Origin: Thermofilaceae archaeon
GTDB lineage: Archaea > Thermoproteota > Thermoprotei > Thermofilales > Thermofilaceae
DNA length: 64,000 nucleotides
Assembly (NCBI GenBank): GCA_038861545.1
Contig: JAWCCZ010000001.1
Location: forward strand, 384,001 to 448,000
Direction: 5' to 3'
Part shown: in pieces, positions 48,859 through 58,024 of the stretch
How the letters are laid out: the number at the start of each line of letters is the position of its first letter
Position numbering within the stretch: the stretch's first letter is position 1
Position numbers and translations under genes: made by a program
Notes under the pieces: generated by a model
The model's input: the letters and a program-made list of their open reading frames with translations, nothing else
What the model was told of the DNA's origin: nothing
Databases searched by the model: none

Positions 48859-49617
48859 ATGCCAGCTACTACTCGGATAAACAGCAGCTTCAAGGTTGAA
48901 GATACAAGATCCTGGGTGTTAGCTGCACCTAGGCTGCGTCTAGCTAGGCTATGGCTTGCCGAGAAGCTGGCAGAGTTAGCTGACAGGTTAGAGGGTGTGA
49001 TGCTACCGTACTCATTCGAATTAATGCAGCATGTAAGGAGCTACGTTAAAGGGTCGATACGCTGGGAAGAGCTGATACAAGCTGCGGTAAGCCTCGGGTT
49101 GACGAACGTAAACTCCTGGGTTTACATCGAAGAACCCCTCCTAAGGATGCTGAGGACTTTAAACACGCAAGGGATTTCCCTGAAAATAAAGTGCTACGGG
49201 CCAAGCGTAAGAGAGGAAGCAGAACTCACATGGGAGTTGTTGAAGCTGCTAATCAACGCGAGGCTTAGAAGCGTTATCGACTTAGAGGCTTGGAGGAGAG
49301 TCCTACCGTCTTTACCGGTGCCCGTTGAGGAAGGTTACGCAACGGTAACTTCGAGGAAAGTTGAAGGAGGCAACGTGCTACACTGGCACCACCCCTTCCC
49401 GCCGAGCGAGGAGATCACAGCGGATAGCTTAACTCTAGAGTCCCTAAAGGAGTACATCGATTACTTGTTCAAGTACGTTATGTTGTCGAGTAATGTCGAT
49501 GAAGCTTACCTGAAATGGCTAGAGAGCCGCGAAGGGCAGAGCGAGAGGTTACAACAATTACGGTCTCTAGCTGAATCGCTTGGTATAACGCGCTATAACT
49601 CAGGAGTCTCTGCCTGA
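48859..49617 (+). CDS. Hypothetical protein
   Basis: 252-aa ORF with normal composition, upstream of nep1; no family recognised. Confidence 0.7.
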   Translation: MPATTRINSSFKVEDTRSWVLAAPRLRLARLWLAEKLAELADRLEGVMLPYSFELMQHVRSYVKGSIRWEELIQAAVSLGLTNVNSWVYIEEPLLRMLRTLNTQGISLKIKCYGPSVREEAELTWELLKLLINARLRSVIDLEAWRRVLPSLPVPVEEGYATVTSRKVEGGNVLHWHHPFPPSEEITADSLTLESLKEYIDYLFKYVMLSSNVDEAYLKWLESREGQSERLQQLRSLAESLGITRYNSGVSA

Positions 49618-49720
49618 GTGATCAATGCTGGCCTTTCAGCGAAAGGTGTGTCAAACTGAGTGCTTTTGCTTAGCTATGGAAGAGCATTTTAAATAAGAGA
49701 ATAGTGAGGTTGCGAGAACC

Positions 49721-50407
49721 TTGGATAAGCTTCACTTAGTATTCGTAGAAGCTGGCCTCGAGCTAACGCCTAAAGAGCTTTGGAGGCACCCGGCGGTAAG
49801 GAAATCAGCTGAGCGAAGGGGAAAGAGGCCCAGCGAAATACTGCTTGACGTATCGTTTCACCGCCCCGCGATGCTGAGCCTGAAGGATGCAGAGAAGAGG
49901 GGGCGTCCGGACATAGCTCACTTCTGTGCTCTACTAGCGCTAGGCTCGCTTCTTAACAAGTTCAGCCTACTTACACTGCACCTGCACACTTATGAAAATA
50001 AGGTCATTGAAGTCGCCCCACGGACGAGATTACCGAGGAATTACAACAGATTTGTAAGCTTGATAGAACAGCTACTCGTGGAAGGCAGCGTTCCCCCGAA
50101 CTCCGACGAGCCGCTTCTAAGAGCCAAGCCAGTAGAGCTCAAGGAGTTAATTAACCGGTTAAAGCCTAGCAAGGTTTTCCTACTAAGCGAAAAAGGGGTT
50201 AGGATGAGGGCTGACGAGCTGGCTAAGAAGATTGTTGGGGAAAGAGGGCCAGCTGTACTCATAGGTTGTTTCCAAGCCGGTGATTTCCGGAGCACGGTAT
50301 ACGAGCTAGCTCACGAAGTTGTAGCTATTTCGCAACTACCCCTCGACGCGTGGAACGTTACAGCTAAAGTGCTATCTTCTGTGGAGGACGTTCTAGGATT
50401 GCTTTGA
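49721..50407 (+). CDS. nep1: 16S rRNA pseudouridine N1-methyltransferase Nep1/Emg1
   Basis: LLDVSFH, KRGRPDIAH, RLPRNYNRF..L.EQLL, IGCFQAGDF. Confidence 0.95.
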   Translation: MDKLHLVFVEAGLELTPKELWRHPAVRKSAERRGKRPSEILLDVSFHRPAMLSLKDAEKRGRPDIAHFCALLALGSLLNKFSLLTLHLHTYENKVIEVAPRTRLPRNYNRFVSLIEQLLVEGSVPPNSDEPLLRAKPVELKELINRLKPSKVFLLSEKGVRMRADELAKKIVGERGPAVLIGCFQAGDFRSTVYELAHEVVAISQLPLDAWNVTAKVLSSVEDVLGLL

Positions 50408-50436
50408 GAACTGGCGTTAAAACAAAATCGGTTTTC

Positions 50437-52179
50437 CTACTCGATTTTGTAAACCAAGTGGGAGTGGGGCATCAGCGCTGTTTGGAAAATAGTCCTATTC
50501 TCTTCTCTAATAGTGTAGACGAATTCTCTAAAGTACCTTTCAGCTCTTGGCAAAGCATTACTCAGCTTCGCATCCCTCTTTTTAACCACGATCTCAAGTC
50601 GAGTTGCGTGAGGTAGGAAGGACTTAACGATAAAGGTTCTGTTATCGTATAGGAAGAGGCAAATCTTGCTAGGGGAGTCAAGCACGACTTCAAATTCCCT
50701 CATGAATATTTCACGCATAACCCGGAGAACCTCTTTCGGTAAGTGGTACAAGTCGCTGAAATTATCTGGAACAGAAAGCACGTAAATCGTTCCCTCATCG
50801 TATCGAGCTTGGAGTAAAAGCGGGTATCCGTTTGAACCGCTCAGCCCGGAGACTAGCTCCCACGCATCATTAGTATAGTACTTTAACTCAGGCACAACTA
50901 TTTCTCTGCGTGCTCTGTAGCTGTCCATGAAAAGCATGAATTCCTTTACCGGTATTTTTCTCTCAGTGCAGTCGATTTCGACGATATCCTTGAATCCGTG
51001 ATCCTGCAACGCTTTGAGTAAGCCTGAAGTTACGATCAGGGTCTTCCCCCCGCGCAGGTAGTCTTTGATTTTACCGATAATTTTGGGATCGTGGCACGCG
51101 GATTCGGCTAAAAACACTGTACCGCTGTTTTCGGGGAATCGGGGGGTAAGATCCAAGGGAATGCCTAGCATTCCAATGTAGTTGTGAATAAAGTCCTCAC
51201 CGCTCGAGTTGAAGGGCTTGTAGCTGGGCACACCCACTGGAGCGCCTAGCTTACCCATGAAGAGATCCGTTTCCTCGAAGGCCGTACCTGCCGTTGGAGC
51301 AACATAGCTCACGTATTTTTCCGAACCATCGTCCATCTTTACGGTCTCGAAAAGCGAGCCCCAGCAGTAGAGCGTAATTTCCCTAGGTTTGGCGAACAAA
51401 GTGAGCTGTATTTGCTCCACCCACCTGTCAAGGTGCCCCCTAGCGTACGGATCAACCCAGCCTCCCTCGTTTCTACTGGGACCCGCGTTTTCCAGGTACC
51501 TCATTATAAGATAGCTTTGGTACTCCTGAAGGTGCTGCTGCGTGTACTTTGGGTCCCTCGTTTCCGTACCGGTGTAAATGCTATCGAAGATCTTCGTTTC
51601 AACGTCCAGGTTGTATCCTAGGGCTTGGTAATGCTCGTACCAGTTCGGGTACTTGATGATGAGCTTCAATTTCGGATTGACGGACTTAGCTGGCTTAATT
51701 ATGTAATCCCTAGCCACTTCCTCCAGCCTCCTTAAGCGGTACTCTGTCCAGCTCAGATCTCCTTTAGCCTCCGTGCAGAGCCTGCACCTGCAGTTCGTAA
51801 AGAACCAGTCATCCAGGATTATCTCATCGAAGACTTCGGCGGTGAATAAGACTATATTCTTAAGCATTTCCAGCTCCTGCGGATTAGTATAGCAGAAGGT
51901 CCGGGACAATCCCCCTTCTCTCCTAACGAATGCGATACCCCCTGAAGCTTTTATGCCCTTTTTCTCGAAGAAATCCTTTATATTGAGTAAATCACCTTTC
52001 TTCGGTATCAGGTCGTCCCTATACGTTTCTAAGTATACCTTCTTAAATTTAATATACTTGTTGATGAACCTATAAGTTTCTTCAAGCCACTTGTTATCAG
52101 CCATCTGTAACACATCGCGAACTTGACAGTAGATAGCTACACTAAAATTTCGGTAACCTTCTTCCATGTTCCCCGCCAC
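50437..52179 (-). CDS. Uncharacterised glycoside-hydrolase-like protein (TIM barrel + GATase-like + beta domain, inferred)
   Basis: VYLETYR, FDEIILDDWFFTNCRC..C, IIKYPNWYE, YTGTETRDP, GGWVD; divergent from the GH78 gene. Confidence 0.55.
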   Translation of the reverse strand: MAGNMEEGYRNFSVAIYCQVRDVLQMADNKWLEETYRFINKYIKFKKVYLETYRDDLIPKKGDLLNIKDFFEKKGIKASGGIAFVRREGGLSRTFCYTNPQELEMLKNIVLFTAEVFDEIILDDWFFTNCRCRLCTEAKGDLSWTEYRLRRLEEVARDYIIKPAKSVNPKLKLIIKYPNWYEHYQALGYNLDVETKIFDSIYTGTETRDPKYTQQHLQEYQSYLIMRYLENAGPSRNEGGWVDPYARGHLDRWVEQIQLTLFAKPREITLYCWGSLFETVKMDDGSEKYVSYVAPTAGTAFEETDLFMGKLGAPVGVPSYKPFNSSGEDFIHNYIGMLGIPLDLTPRFPENSGTVFLAESACHDPKIIGKIKDYLRGGKTLIVTSGLLKALQDHGFKDIVEIDCTERKIPVKEFMLFMDSYRARREIVVPELKYYTNDAWELVSGLSGSNGYPLLLQARYDEGTIYVLSVPDNFSDLYHLPKEVLRVMREIFMREFEVVLDSPSKICLFLYDNRTFIVKSFLPHATRLEIVVKKRDAKLSNALPRAERYFREFVYTIREENRTIFQTALMPHSHLVYKIE

Positions 52180-52199
52180 TTGGCATCAACTCCTAAAAA

Positions 52200-52304
52200 T
52201 GGGTATCTGTTATCAGTTTGAGTATCTGAAGTAATTTAAACATGGGTTTATGGAAAACTACTCTAAGCAAACTTCAGTACTCATATATATGACCCAAATA
52301 CTCA
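52200..52304. promoter_or_regulatory. Divergent promoter with inverted and direct TGAGTA/TACTCA repeats
   Basis: TGAGTATCTGAAGT 52219-52232 and ACTTCAGTACTCA 52271-52283 form an inverted repeat with a 1-nt indel; a further TACTCA is at 52299. Confidence 0.45.
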
Positions 52305-52311
52305 TAGCTTT

Positions 52312-54945
52312 GTGGAAAGCATTCCTCCACCTTATGGCTTAAGGTGCGAGTTCGCCGTCGATCCCATCGGCGTTGACCCGGAATCCAAGCTCCGTTTCTC
52401 TTGGTTTCTTCAACACCCTAAGAGGGGTGAGAGGCAAAAATGTTTTCGAGTTATTATAGCTAGCTCTCGAGAGCTAGCAAAAAACGCTATCGGGGATGTG
52501 TGGGACTCCGGCATTGTCAGAAGCGAGAATAACTTCACCGTTTACTCAGGACCACCCTTAGAGAGTAGTAAGGAGTACTTCTGGAGGGTCATGTGGTGGG
52601 ACTCGCAGGGCAACGCTAGCGAGTGGAGCCACATAGCTGGTTTCATCACCGCTTTGCGCCAAGCAGATTGGCGCGCCAGCTGGATTTCGGGAGGTAAACT
52701 TCTAAGAAAAGAGTTCGAGTTATCAGCGCCTGTAAGAAAGGCGATTGTACATGTAACAGGTTTAGGTTATTACGAGCTCAGGATTAACGGTAAGAAAGTA
52801 GGTGACCGCGTTCTCGATCCCCCATGGACTGACTATAATAAGCGAGTGCTGTACGCGACTTACGACGTGACAGAGTACTTGAAGTTTTGGGGAAACGCAA
52901 TAGGCATTATGCTAGGGCGGAGCCGCTACATAAAAGTTTACGGCTACGATGAGATTATGAAAGCTATAATGCAGATGCACGTGGAACTAGTGAATGGCGA
53001 TGTAGTAGACATCATCACTGATGGTACTTGGAAAGTCGCTGATGGTCCGATAGTTGAAGACGATATATACAACGGGGAAGTATACGATGCTACGCGCGAA
53101 GAAAAGGGTTGGGATCAACCAGGCTTCGACGAAAGCGGTTGGAGACCTGCAACAGTAGTTTCTCATCCAGGCAAGCTTGTCCCCAGCGGGGCTTTTCCCT
53201 CGATAAGGAGGCTTGGATACCTTAAAGCAAGGAAAATCCTTAACCCTGCACGAGGGGTTTACATTTTCGACTTCGGTCAGAATATAACCGGTTGGGTGAA
53301 GCTTAGGGTCTCCGGCCCTAGGGGCGTTAGAGTTCAGCTAAGGTACGCTGAGCTTATCGATCAAAATGGTAACCTGAACACTAAAAATCTACGTGGCGCG
53401 AGAGCGACCGACATTTATATAGCTAGAGGTGAGGGTGAGGAAGTTTACGAGCCCAGGTTCACCTATCATGGTTTTAGGTACGTTGAGGTAACTGGCTACC
53501 CAGGAACTCCTCAACCGGATTCATTAGAAGCAGTTATTGTGCACAGCGATGTCGAGCCAGTAGGAGGTATAATGACATCCTGCGACCTAGTTAACAGTAT
53601 TCACAGCTTAGTCGTCTGGTCCTTGAAGTCCAACCTAATGTCTATACCAACCGACTGCCCTCAGCGGGATGAGAGACACGGCTGGGGAGGAGATGCCCAG
53701 CTGACGGCTGAGGCAGCTATCCTGAACTTTTGGATGCCTGGCTTTTACGAAAAATGGTTGGAGGATTGGGCTGACGCACAGCTTGAGGATGGCAGTTTGC
53801 CTGACGTGGTACCGCCTTACTGGAGGTTATATCCGGCTGATCCAGCTTGGGGTGAAGCGTATGTGCTTATCCCCTGGCTACTTTATCTGTACTACGGCGA
53901 TGAGAGCAATATAGCTAAACATTATGAGAGGATAAAGCGTTGGGTTGAATTCCTGCTTTCAAAAACTGAAGGCTTTATCCTGAAATTCAGTAAGTACAAA
54001 GATTGGTGCCCACCTAGGCATATCTGGGCGGTCGAGATTCCAGGGGAGTTAGTATCCACATGGGTGTTATACAACGACCTAGTTACTTTAAGCTTGATGG
54101 CTAAGGTTCTAGGCAGGGTTGAGGAAGCCGAGAAGTATATGAAGCTAGCCATATCAGTTAAAGAGGCCTTTAATAGAGAGTTTCTCCGCGAGGAGCAAGG
54201 TAGAGATGGTAAGCTGAAGGTCTACTATGTATCTCCCGACTGTCAAACTTGCAACACGCTCCCCCTGGCTTCGAGGATTATCCCCCAAGAAAAGGCTGCA
54301 GCTGTGTTCGACACATTGAAGTGGGATGTAGAAGTGGAGAAAGACCTTCACCTAAACACAGGAATTATTGGAACTAAGTTCCTGCTTCCAGTGTTATCCG
54401 ATTACGGTAGACCAGATCTAGCATATGCAGTTTCAACCCAAACTAGCTACCCGAGCTGGGGTTACATGATCCGAGAAGGCGCGACAACCTTGTGGGAAAG
54501 ATGGGAGCTCTTAACCGGCAGTGCGATGAATTCTCATAATCATCACATGTTCGGCACTGTGGACATATATTTTTACCAGTACCTTGCGGGGATAAAGCCC
54601 TCTAAACCTGGCTTTAAGGAGTTTATAGTTAAGCCGGATCCAGTGGGCCCTGAACTGGTTTCCGCTACTGTTATGTCCGCTAAAGGTTCTATAGATGTTA
54701 TGCTAGGTAGGGAACTCCATAGGTTGTTATTACAAGTCAAAGTACCTATCGGCTCTACCGCGGTGGTGTATGTGCCGTTTCACGGAATGCGTAACCCCGA
54801 AGTAAGGGAAGGGGGTATAACAGTCTGGAGTAAAGGATCACCTGCGAAGCTGCCTGAAGGTATCGAGCTCGTATGGTGTGAAGGGGAATACATAACTTTC
54901 CGAGTGGGGTCTGGCTCTTACAGCTTTGAGGTCGTTGAAGCTTAG
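52312..54945 (+). CDS. GH78 alpha-L-rhamnosidase
   Basis: GLGYYELRING, DFGQN, PRFTYHGFRYVEV, IPTDCPQRDERHGWGGD, GATTLWERW, NSHNHHMFG. Confidence 0.95.
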   Translation: MESIPPPYGLRCEFAVDPIGVDPESKLRFSWFLQHPKRGERQKCFRVIIASSRELAKNAIGDVWDSGIVRSENNFTVYSGPPLESSKEYFWRVMWWDSQGNASEWSHIAGFITALRQADWRASWISGGKLLRKEFELSAPVRKAIVHVTGLGYYELRINGKKVGDRVLDPPWTDYNKRVLYATYDVTEYLKFWGNAIGIMLGRSRYIKVYGYDEIMKAIMQMHVELVNGDVVDIITDGTWKVADGPIVEDDIYNGEVYDATREEKGWDQPGFDESGWRPATVVSHPGKLVPSGAFPSIRRLGYLKARKILNPARGVYIFDFGQNITGWVKLRVSGPRGVRVQLRYAELIDQNGNLNTKNLRGARATDIYIARGEGEEVYEPRFTYHGFRYVEVTGYPGTPQPDSLEAVIVHSDVEPVGGIMTSCDLVNSIHSLVVWSLKSNLMSIPTDCPQRDERHGWGGDAQLTAEAAILNFWMPGFYEKWLEDWADAQLEDGSLPDVVPPYWRLYPADPAWGEAYVLIPWLLYLYYGDESNIAKHYERIKRWVEFLLSKTEGFILKFSKYKDWCPPRHIWAVEIPGELVSTWVLYNDLVTLSLMAKVLGRVEEAEKYMKLAISVKEAFNREFLREEQGRDGKLKVYYVSPDCQTCNTLPLASRIIPQEKAAAVFDTLKWDVEVEKDLHLNTGIIGTKFLLPVLSDYGRPDLAYAVSTQTSYPSWGYMIREGATTLWERWELLTGSAMNSHNHHMFGTVDIYFYQYLAGIKPSKPGFKEFIVKPDPVGPELVSATVMSAKGSIDVMLGRELHRLLLQVKVPIGSTAVVYVPFHGMRNPEVREGGITVWSKGSPAKLPEGIELVWCEGEYITFRVGSGSYSFEVVEA

Positions 54946-55117
54946 CATGCTTGCGAACAGTGTTAAGCCAGCATGGGTCTGCGATGGTTGAGCTTCTGTG
55001 GGCTGCGTTGCCATATTTTCAAAAATTAATTTATAGGATGCTAAAAACGCCAATGGATTTGTTACGCAGATTACTGTTCAGCGATTTTTAGAAGTTTCAG
55101 GTTTACTTTCCCAGGGT

Positions 55118-55133
55118 TAAAAACCTTTAAATG
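55118..55133 (+). promoter_or_regulatory. BRE/TATA of the SPFH operon
   Basis: TAAAAACCTTTAAATG about 25 nt upstream of ATG 55156. Confidence 0.6.
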
Positions 55134-55155
55134 CTGCCAGTGAAGTTAAGCTCTT

Positions 55156-55689
55156 ATGAGTGAGATCGTAAAGAGGTATGAGGAGAAAAGGAGTCTATCA
55201 GAGAAAATAGCCTCATACATACCTGGCTATAGGGGTTATAAGCAGAAAGAGGTTAGAAGGGAGGCTGATAAGCTAGTCCGAGACTTCATGGTTAGGAAAC
55301 TCTCGGAAGCCAGAGGCCACTTGAAAGACGCTACAAGGTCTGTAGCTGAGGCTGAAGCCGCACAGCTCTATAAACTGCTAAACAGGGTATCAGCGGTAAT
55401 GGATAGAGTGATAAACAAGATCGAGCACGCGGATTACGGGTACTCGGGTTTATTCGACCTAGTTAAGGTGAGAGAGGAGGAGCTAGATAAGCTACTGGAG
55501 TACGATCATGGCCTCCTGAGTAGATGCGAGGAAATCGTAAACATTGCCGCAGAGGTAAGCGGAACGGCGGCTGCAGGTAGTTTCGACGTACTACCAGGTA
55601 AGCTGAAGCAGCTTGAACTGAAGCTTCAGGAGCTTCAGAAAATGTTTGCTTCAAGGGAAGAGATTATAACGTCTGTAAGAGGTGGTTAA
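55156..55689 (+). CDS. Conserved all-helical hypothetical protein, first gene of SPFH operon
   Basis: IPGYRGYKQKEVRREADKLVR, HADYGYSGLFD..K.REEELDKLLEYD; amphipathic helices. Confidence 0.8.
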   Translation: MSEIVKRYEEKRSLSEKIASYIPGYRGYKQKEVRREADKLVRDFMVRKLSEARGHLKDATRSVAEAEAAQLYKLLNRVSAVMDRVINKIEHADYGYSGLFDLVKVREEELDKLLEYDHGLLSRCEEIVNIAAEVSGTAAAGSFDVLPGKLKQLELKLQELQKMFASREEIITSVRGG

Positions 55690-55691
55690 AG

Positions 55692-56741
55692 ATGCCACAG
55701 GTAATCGAATGGATTGGGGCCTCCGAGGGCGATATTGTATGGAGATACCCTAAGGAGGAGATAACCTGGGGCGCGCAGTTAATCGTTCACGAGTACGAAG
55801 CCGCGATATTCTTCAGGGATGGTAAAGCTTACGATGTTTTCGGGCCGGGTAGGCATACGCTGACGACGATGAACCTACCTCTGTTAACCCCTGTTCTTTC
55901 CCGAGTAGCAGGCTATGATAAAGTACCGTTTAGAGCAGCTGTGATATTCGTCTCGACGAAGCAGTTTAAAGGTTTATTTGGTGGGAGCGCGCAGACCGTT
56001 GAGCTAGCGCCTTTAAAGTTCTATGGCGCATTCTGGTTTAAGGTGGAGGATCCGAAAACCTTTGTGATGGAAGTTGTCGGAGGGCAAAACGCTTACACAA
56101 CAGACGCGGTTAACAGCTTCCTTAGGGGTTACATGAACGAGAGGCTAATCACTCAGCTTTCAAAGTACGATCTAGTGACTGTATTCACGAAGTTAGAAGA
56201 AGTTTCCTTTAAAGTCAAGGCAGCGATCGACGAGGAGTTTAGAAGAATCGGCGTCGACCTCATTGATTTAAAGTTTGAGGGCATAGATACGACTCCCGAG
56301 TACAGAGATAGGTTGTTCTGGATTAAACAGACCGGAGGGGCTGCCCAGCAGGTTCTAGCAATGGATACGTTGAAGACCGCCGCGGAGTCTTTAAGCAAGT
56401 CCCCTGGAGCTGGAGTCGGAGCTGGAGTAGTGCTTTTACCCCAGATAATGCAGCAAGCCGCCGCTCCTCCACCAATGATAGTATGCCCGAACTGCAAGGC
56501 GCAGGCCCCCTCTACGAGTAAGTTCTGCCCGAACTGTGGCGCATCGCTTCAACCTCCTCCACCGCAGCCTCCAGGCACTGTTACATGCCCGAAGTGCGGT
56601 ACGCAAAACCCGAACACAGCTAAATTCTGCATGAGCTGCGGATCGCCGCTGCAACCGCAGCGAACTAGCTGCCCGCAGTGCGGCAGTGAGGTACCCTCAG
56701 GCGCGAAGTTCTGCCCGAACTGCGGAGCCAAAATCTCCTAG
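55692..56741 (+). CDS. SPFH/band-7 (YdjI-like) protein with three C-terminal zinc ribbons
   Basis: IVWRYP, QLIVHEYEAAIFFRDGK..FGPGRHTLTT.NLP; three CxxC-x10-CxxC units; GGTGG SD-like sequence upstream. Confidence 0.92.
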   Translation: MPQVIEWIGASEGDIVWRYPKEEITWGAQLIVHEYEAAIFFRDGKAYDVFGPGRHTLTTMNLPLLTPVLSRVAGYDKVPFRAAVIFVSTKQFKGLFGGSAQTVELAPLKFYGAFWFKVEDPKTFVMEVVGGQNAYTTDAVNSFLRGYMNERLITQLSKYDLVTVFTKLEEVSFKVKAAIDEEFRRIGVDLIDLKFEGIDTTPEYRDRLFWIKQTGGAAQQVLAMDTLKTAAESLSKSPGAGVGAGVVLLPQIMQQAAAPPPMIVCPNCKAQAPSTSKFCPNCGASLQPPPPQPPGTVTCPKCGTQNPNTAKFCMSCGSPLQPQRTSCPQCGSEVPSGAKFCPNCGAKIS

Positions 56742-57074
56742 ATGAACTATATGTCGAAGCAGAACTATGGGGGTTTGGCGCTAGCTGTAATAACGGCGTC
56801 TATTGGAGCAATAGGCGTGCTGATATCCATAGGGTACCTAGCTCTATACGTGTTGGCCTCCATCCCGCTGCTTGCTTTAGGGATCTATACTTTAGCTTTC
56901 ACAGCCATAGCTGACGATAAAAGGTATTATATTCTCTGGGGCTCCCTTATGACGGGGCTGGGCACCGCGCTTGCCATGGAAACAGTAACCGGCAACCTCC
57001 TGCTAAACCTCAGCATCCTCCTCATGGTTTCAGCTTTAATAGGAGTTCTGCTCGCCTTTAAAAATGGTAAATGA
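56742..57074 (+). CDS. Small 4-TM membrane protein
   Basis: 110 aa, four hydrophobic segments, translationally coupled on both sides. Confidence 0.75.
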   Translation: MNYMSKQNYGGLALAVITASIGAIGVLISIGYLALYVLASIPLLALGIYTLAFTAIADDKRYYILWGSLMTGLGTALAMETVTGNLLLNLSILLMVSALIGVLLAFKNGK

Positions 57075-58024
57075 TGTCGGAGACTATATTTAAATGCTCT
57101 AACTGCGGCGGTCCCCTAAATTATACTCCGGAGACTATCGCTTGCGTATGCGAGTACTGCGGGACAGTTAACTGGTTCGGCGAAGGTAGGTTTGATATCT
57201 TCATCCTGCCTACTAGGACTAGGAACGAGGTAATTAATGCTTTTTGGAGCAGAATGAGGAACGACCCCGATATGAGGAGGGTTTACCAGGATATAGAGCT
57301 CATTGAGGTTCAAGGCTTCTATGTGCCAATACTAGTGGGGGAGGTTTTGGTAAAGGGTGAGTGGACTGGTTTCAAAAGGGTTGTCGAAAAGAAAGGTAAA
57401 TCCTATGTTACTAGAACCGTGACGAAAAGCGGATCCTTTAACAATACTATGAGGCTCACGGTTGAGGCTAGGAGGAGTGCTGCTGAGTACGGCTTGCTCG
57501 AGCTAGTCGAACAGGCTCGGTCGGTTCAGAACGCGTATCCGCTCAACTCCATCGACTGGAAGACTGTTAAGCTACCCGTGCTGAACACCGAAATACTACC
57601 AGAGGAGGCCATAGACGAGCTCAAAGATATAGCCGAGGATTCGATGAGACAGAGCATACGCACCTCGCAGGGTTTAGACGGCTTCTACTACTATCGCTGC
57701 GATACAGAGTTGAAAAGATACTGGATCCTGTTAGCGCCTTTATGGTGCCTAGTTTACAAGTATAGGGGAGGGATGTTCAGAGCTAGCATCTCCGGCTATA
57801 ACCTTCAGTTCCTAAAGGTTTCAGAACCCGTTTTCCTAGGCCAGAGGATCATCTACCTCGTGGGCGGCGCCCTAGCCTCCATTGCTGGTGCAGTGATTCC
57901 CGCGTTAGCATCATCAGGGGATAACTTGGAGTTTCCGATAGGCATAATATTGCTCGCAGCCATAGCTGGAGCATACCTATCCGGTAAATCCATTAGTGAC
58001 GTGAGGGAGGAAGCATGGAAGTAG
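57071..58024 (+). CDS. Zinc-ribbon protein with two C-terminal TMs (YdjG-like)
   Basis: CSNCGG..CEYCG, FYVP, LAPLW..YKYRG; TM hairpin at the end. Confidence 0.75.
   Translation: MMSETIFKCSNCGGPLNYTPETIACVCEYCGTVNWFGEGRFDIFILPTRTRNEVINAFWSRMRNDPDMRRVYQDIELIEVQGFYVPILVGEVLVKGEWTGFKRVVEKKGKSYVTRTVTKSGSFNNTMRLTVEARRSAAEYGLLELVEQARSVQNAYPLNSIDWKTVKLPVLNTEILPEEAIDELKDIAEDSMRQSIRTSQGLDGFYYYRCDTELKRYWILLAPLWCLVYKYRGGMFRASISGYNLQFLKVSEPVFLGQRIIYLVGGALASIAGAVIPALASSGDNLEFPIGIILLAAIAGAYLSGKSISDVREEAWK

Noticed and set aside
49612-49665. Possible C/D box sRNA or hairpin upstream of nep1 (GTGATCA...CTGA, CCTTTCAGCGAAAGG)
   Set aside because: The C box is imperfect, there is no clear internal D'/C' pair, and no target could be verified.
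56480-56730. Short repeats (AAGTTCTGCCCGAACTG twice; TGCCCG units) as a possible CRISPR or tandem array
   Set aside because: They encode the three zinc ribbons of the SPFH protein; there is no repeat-spacer periodicity.
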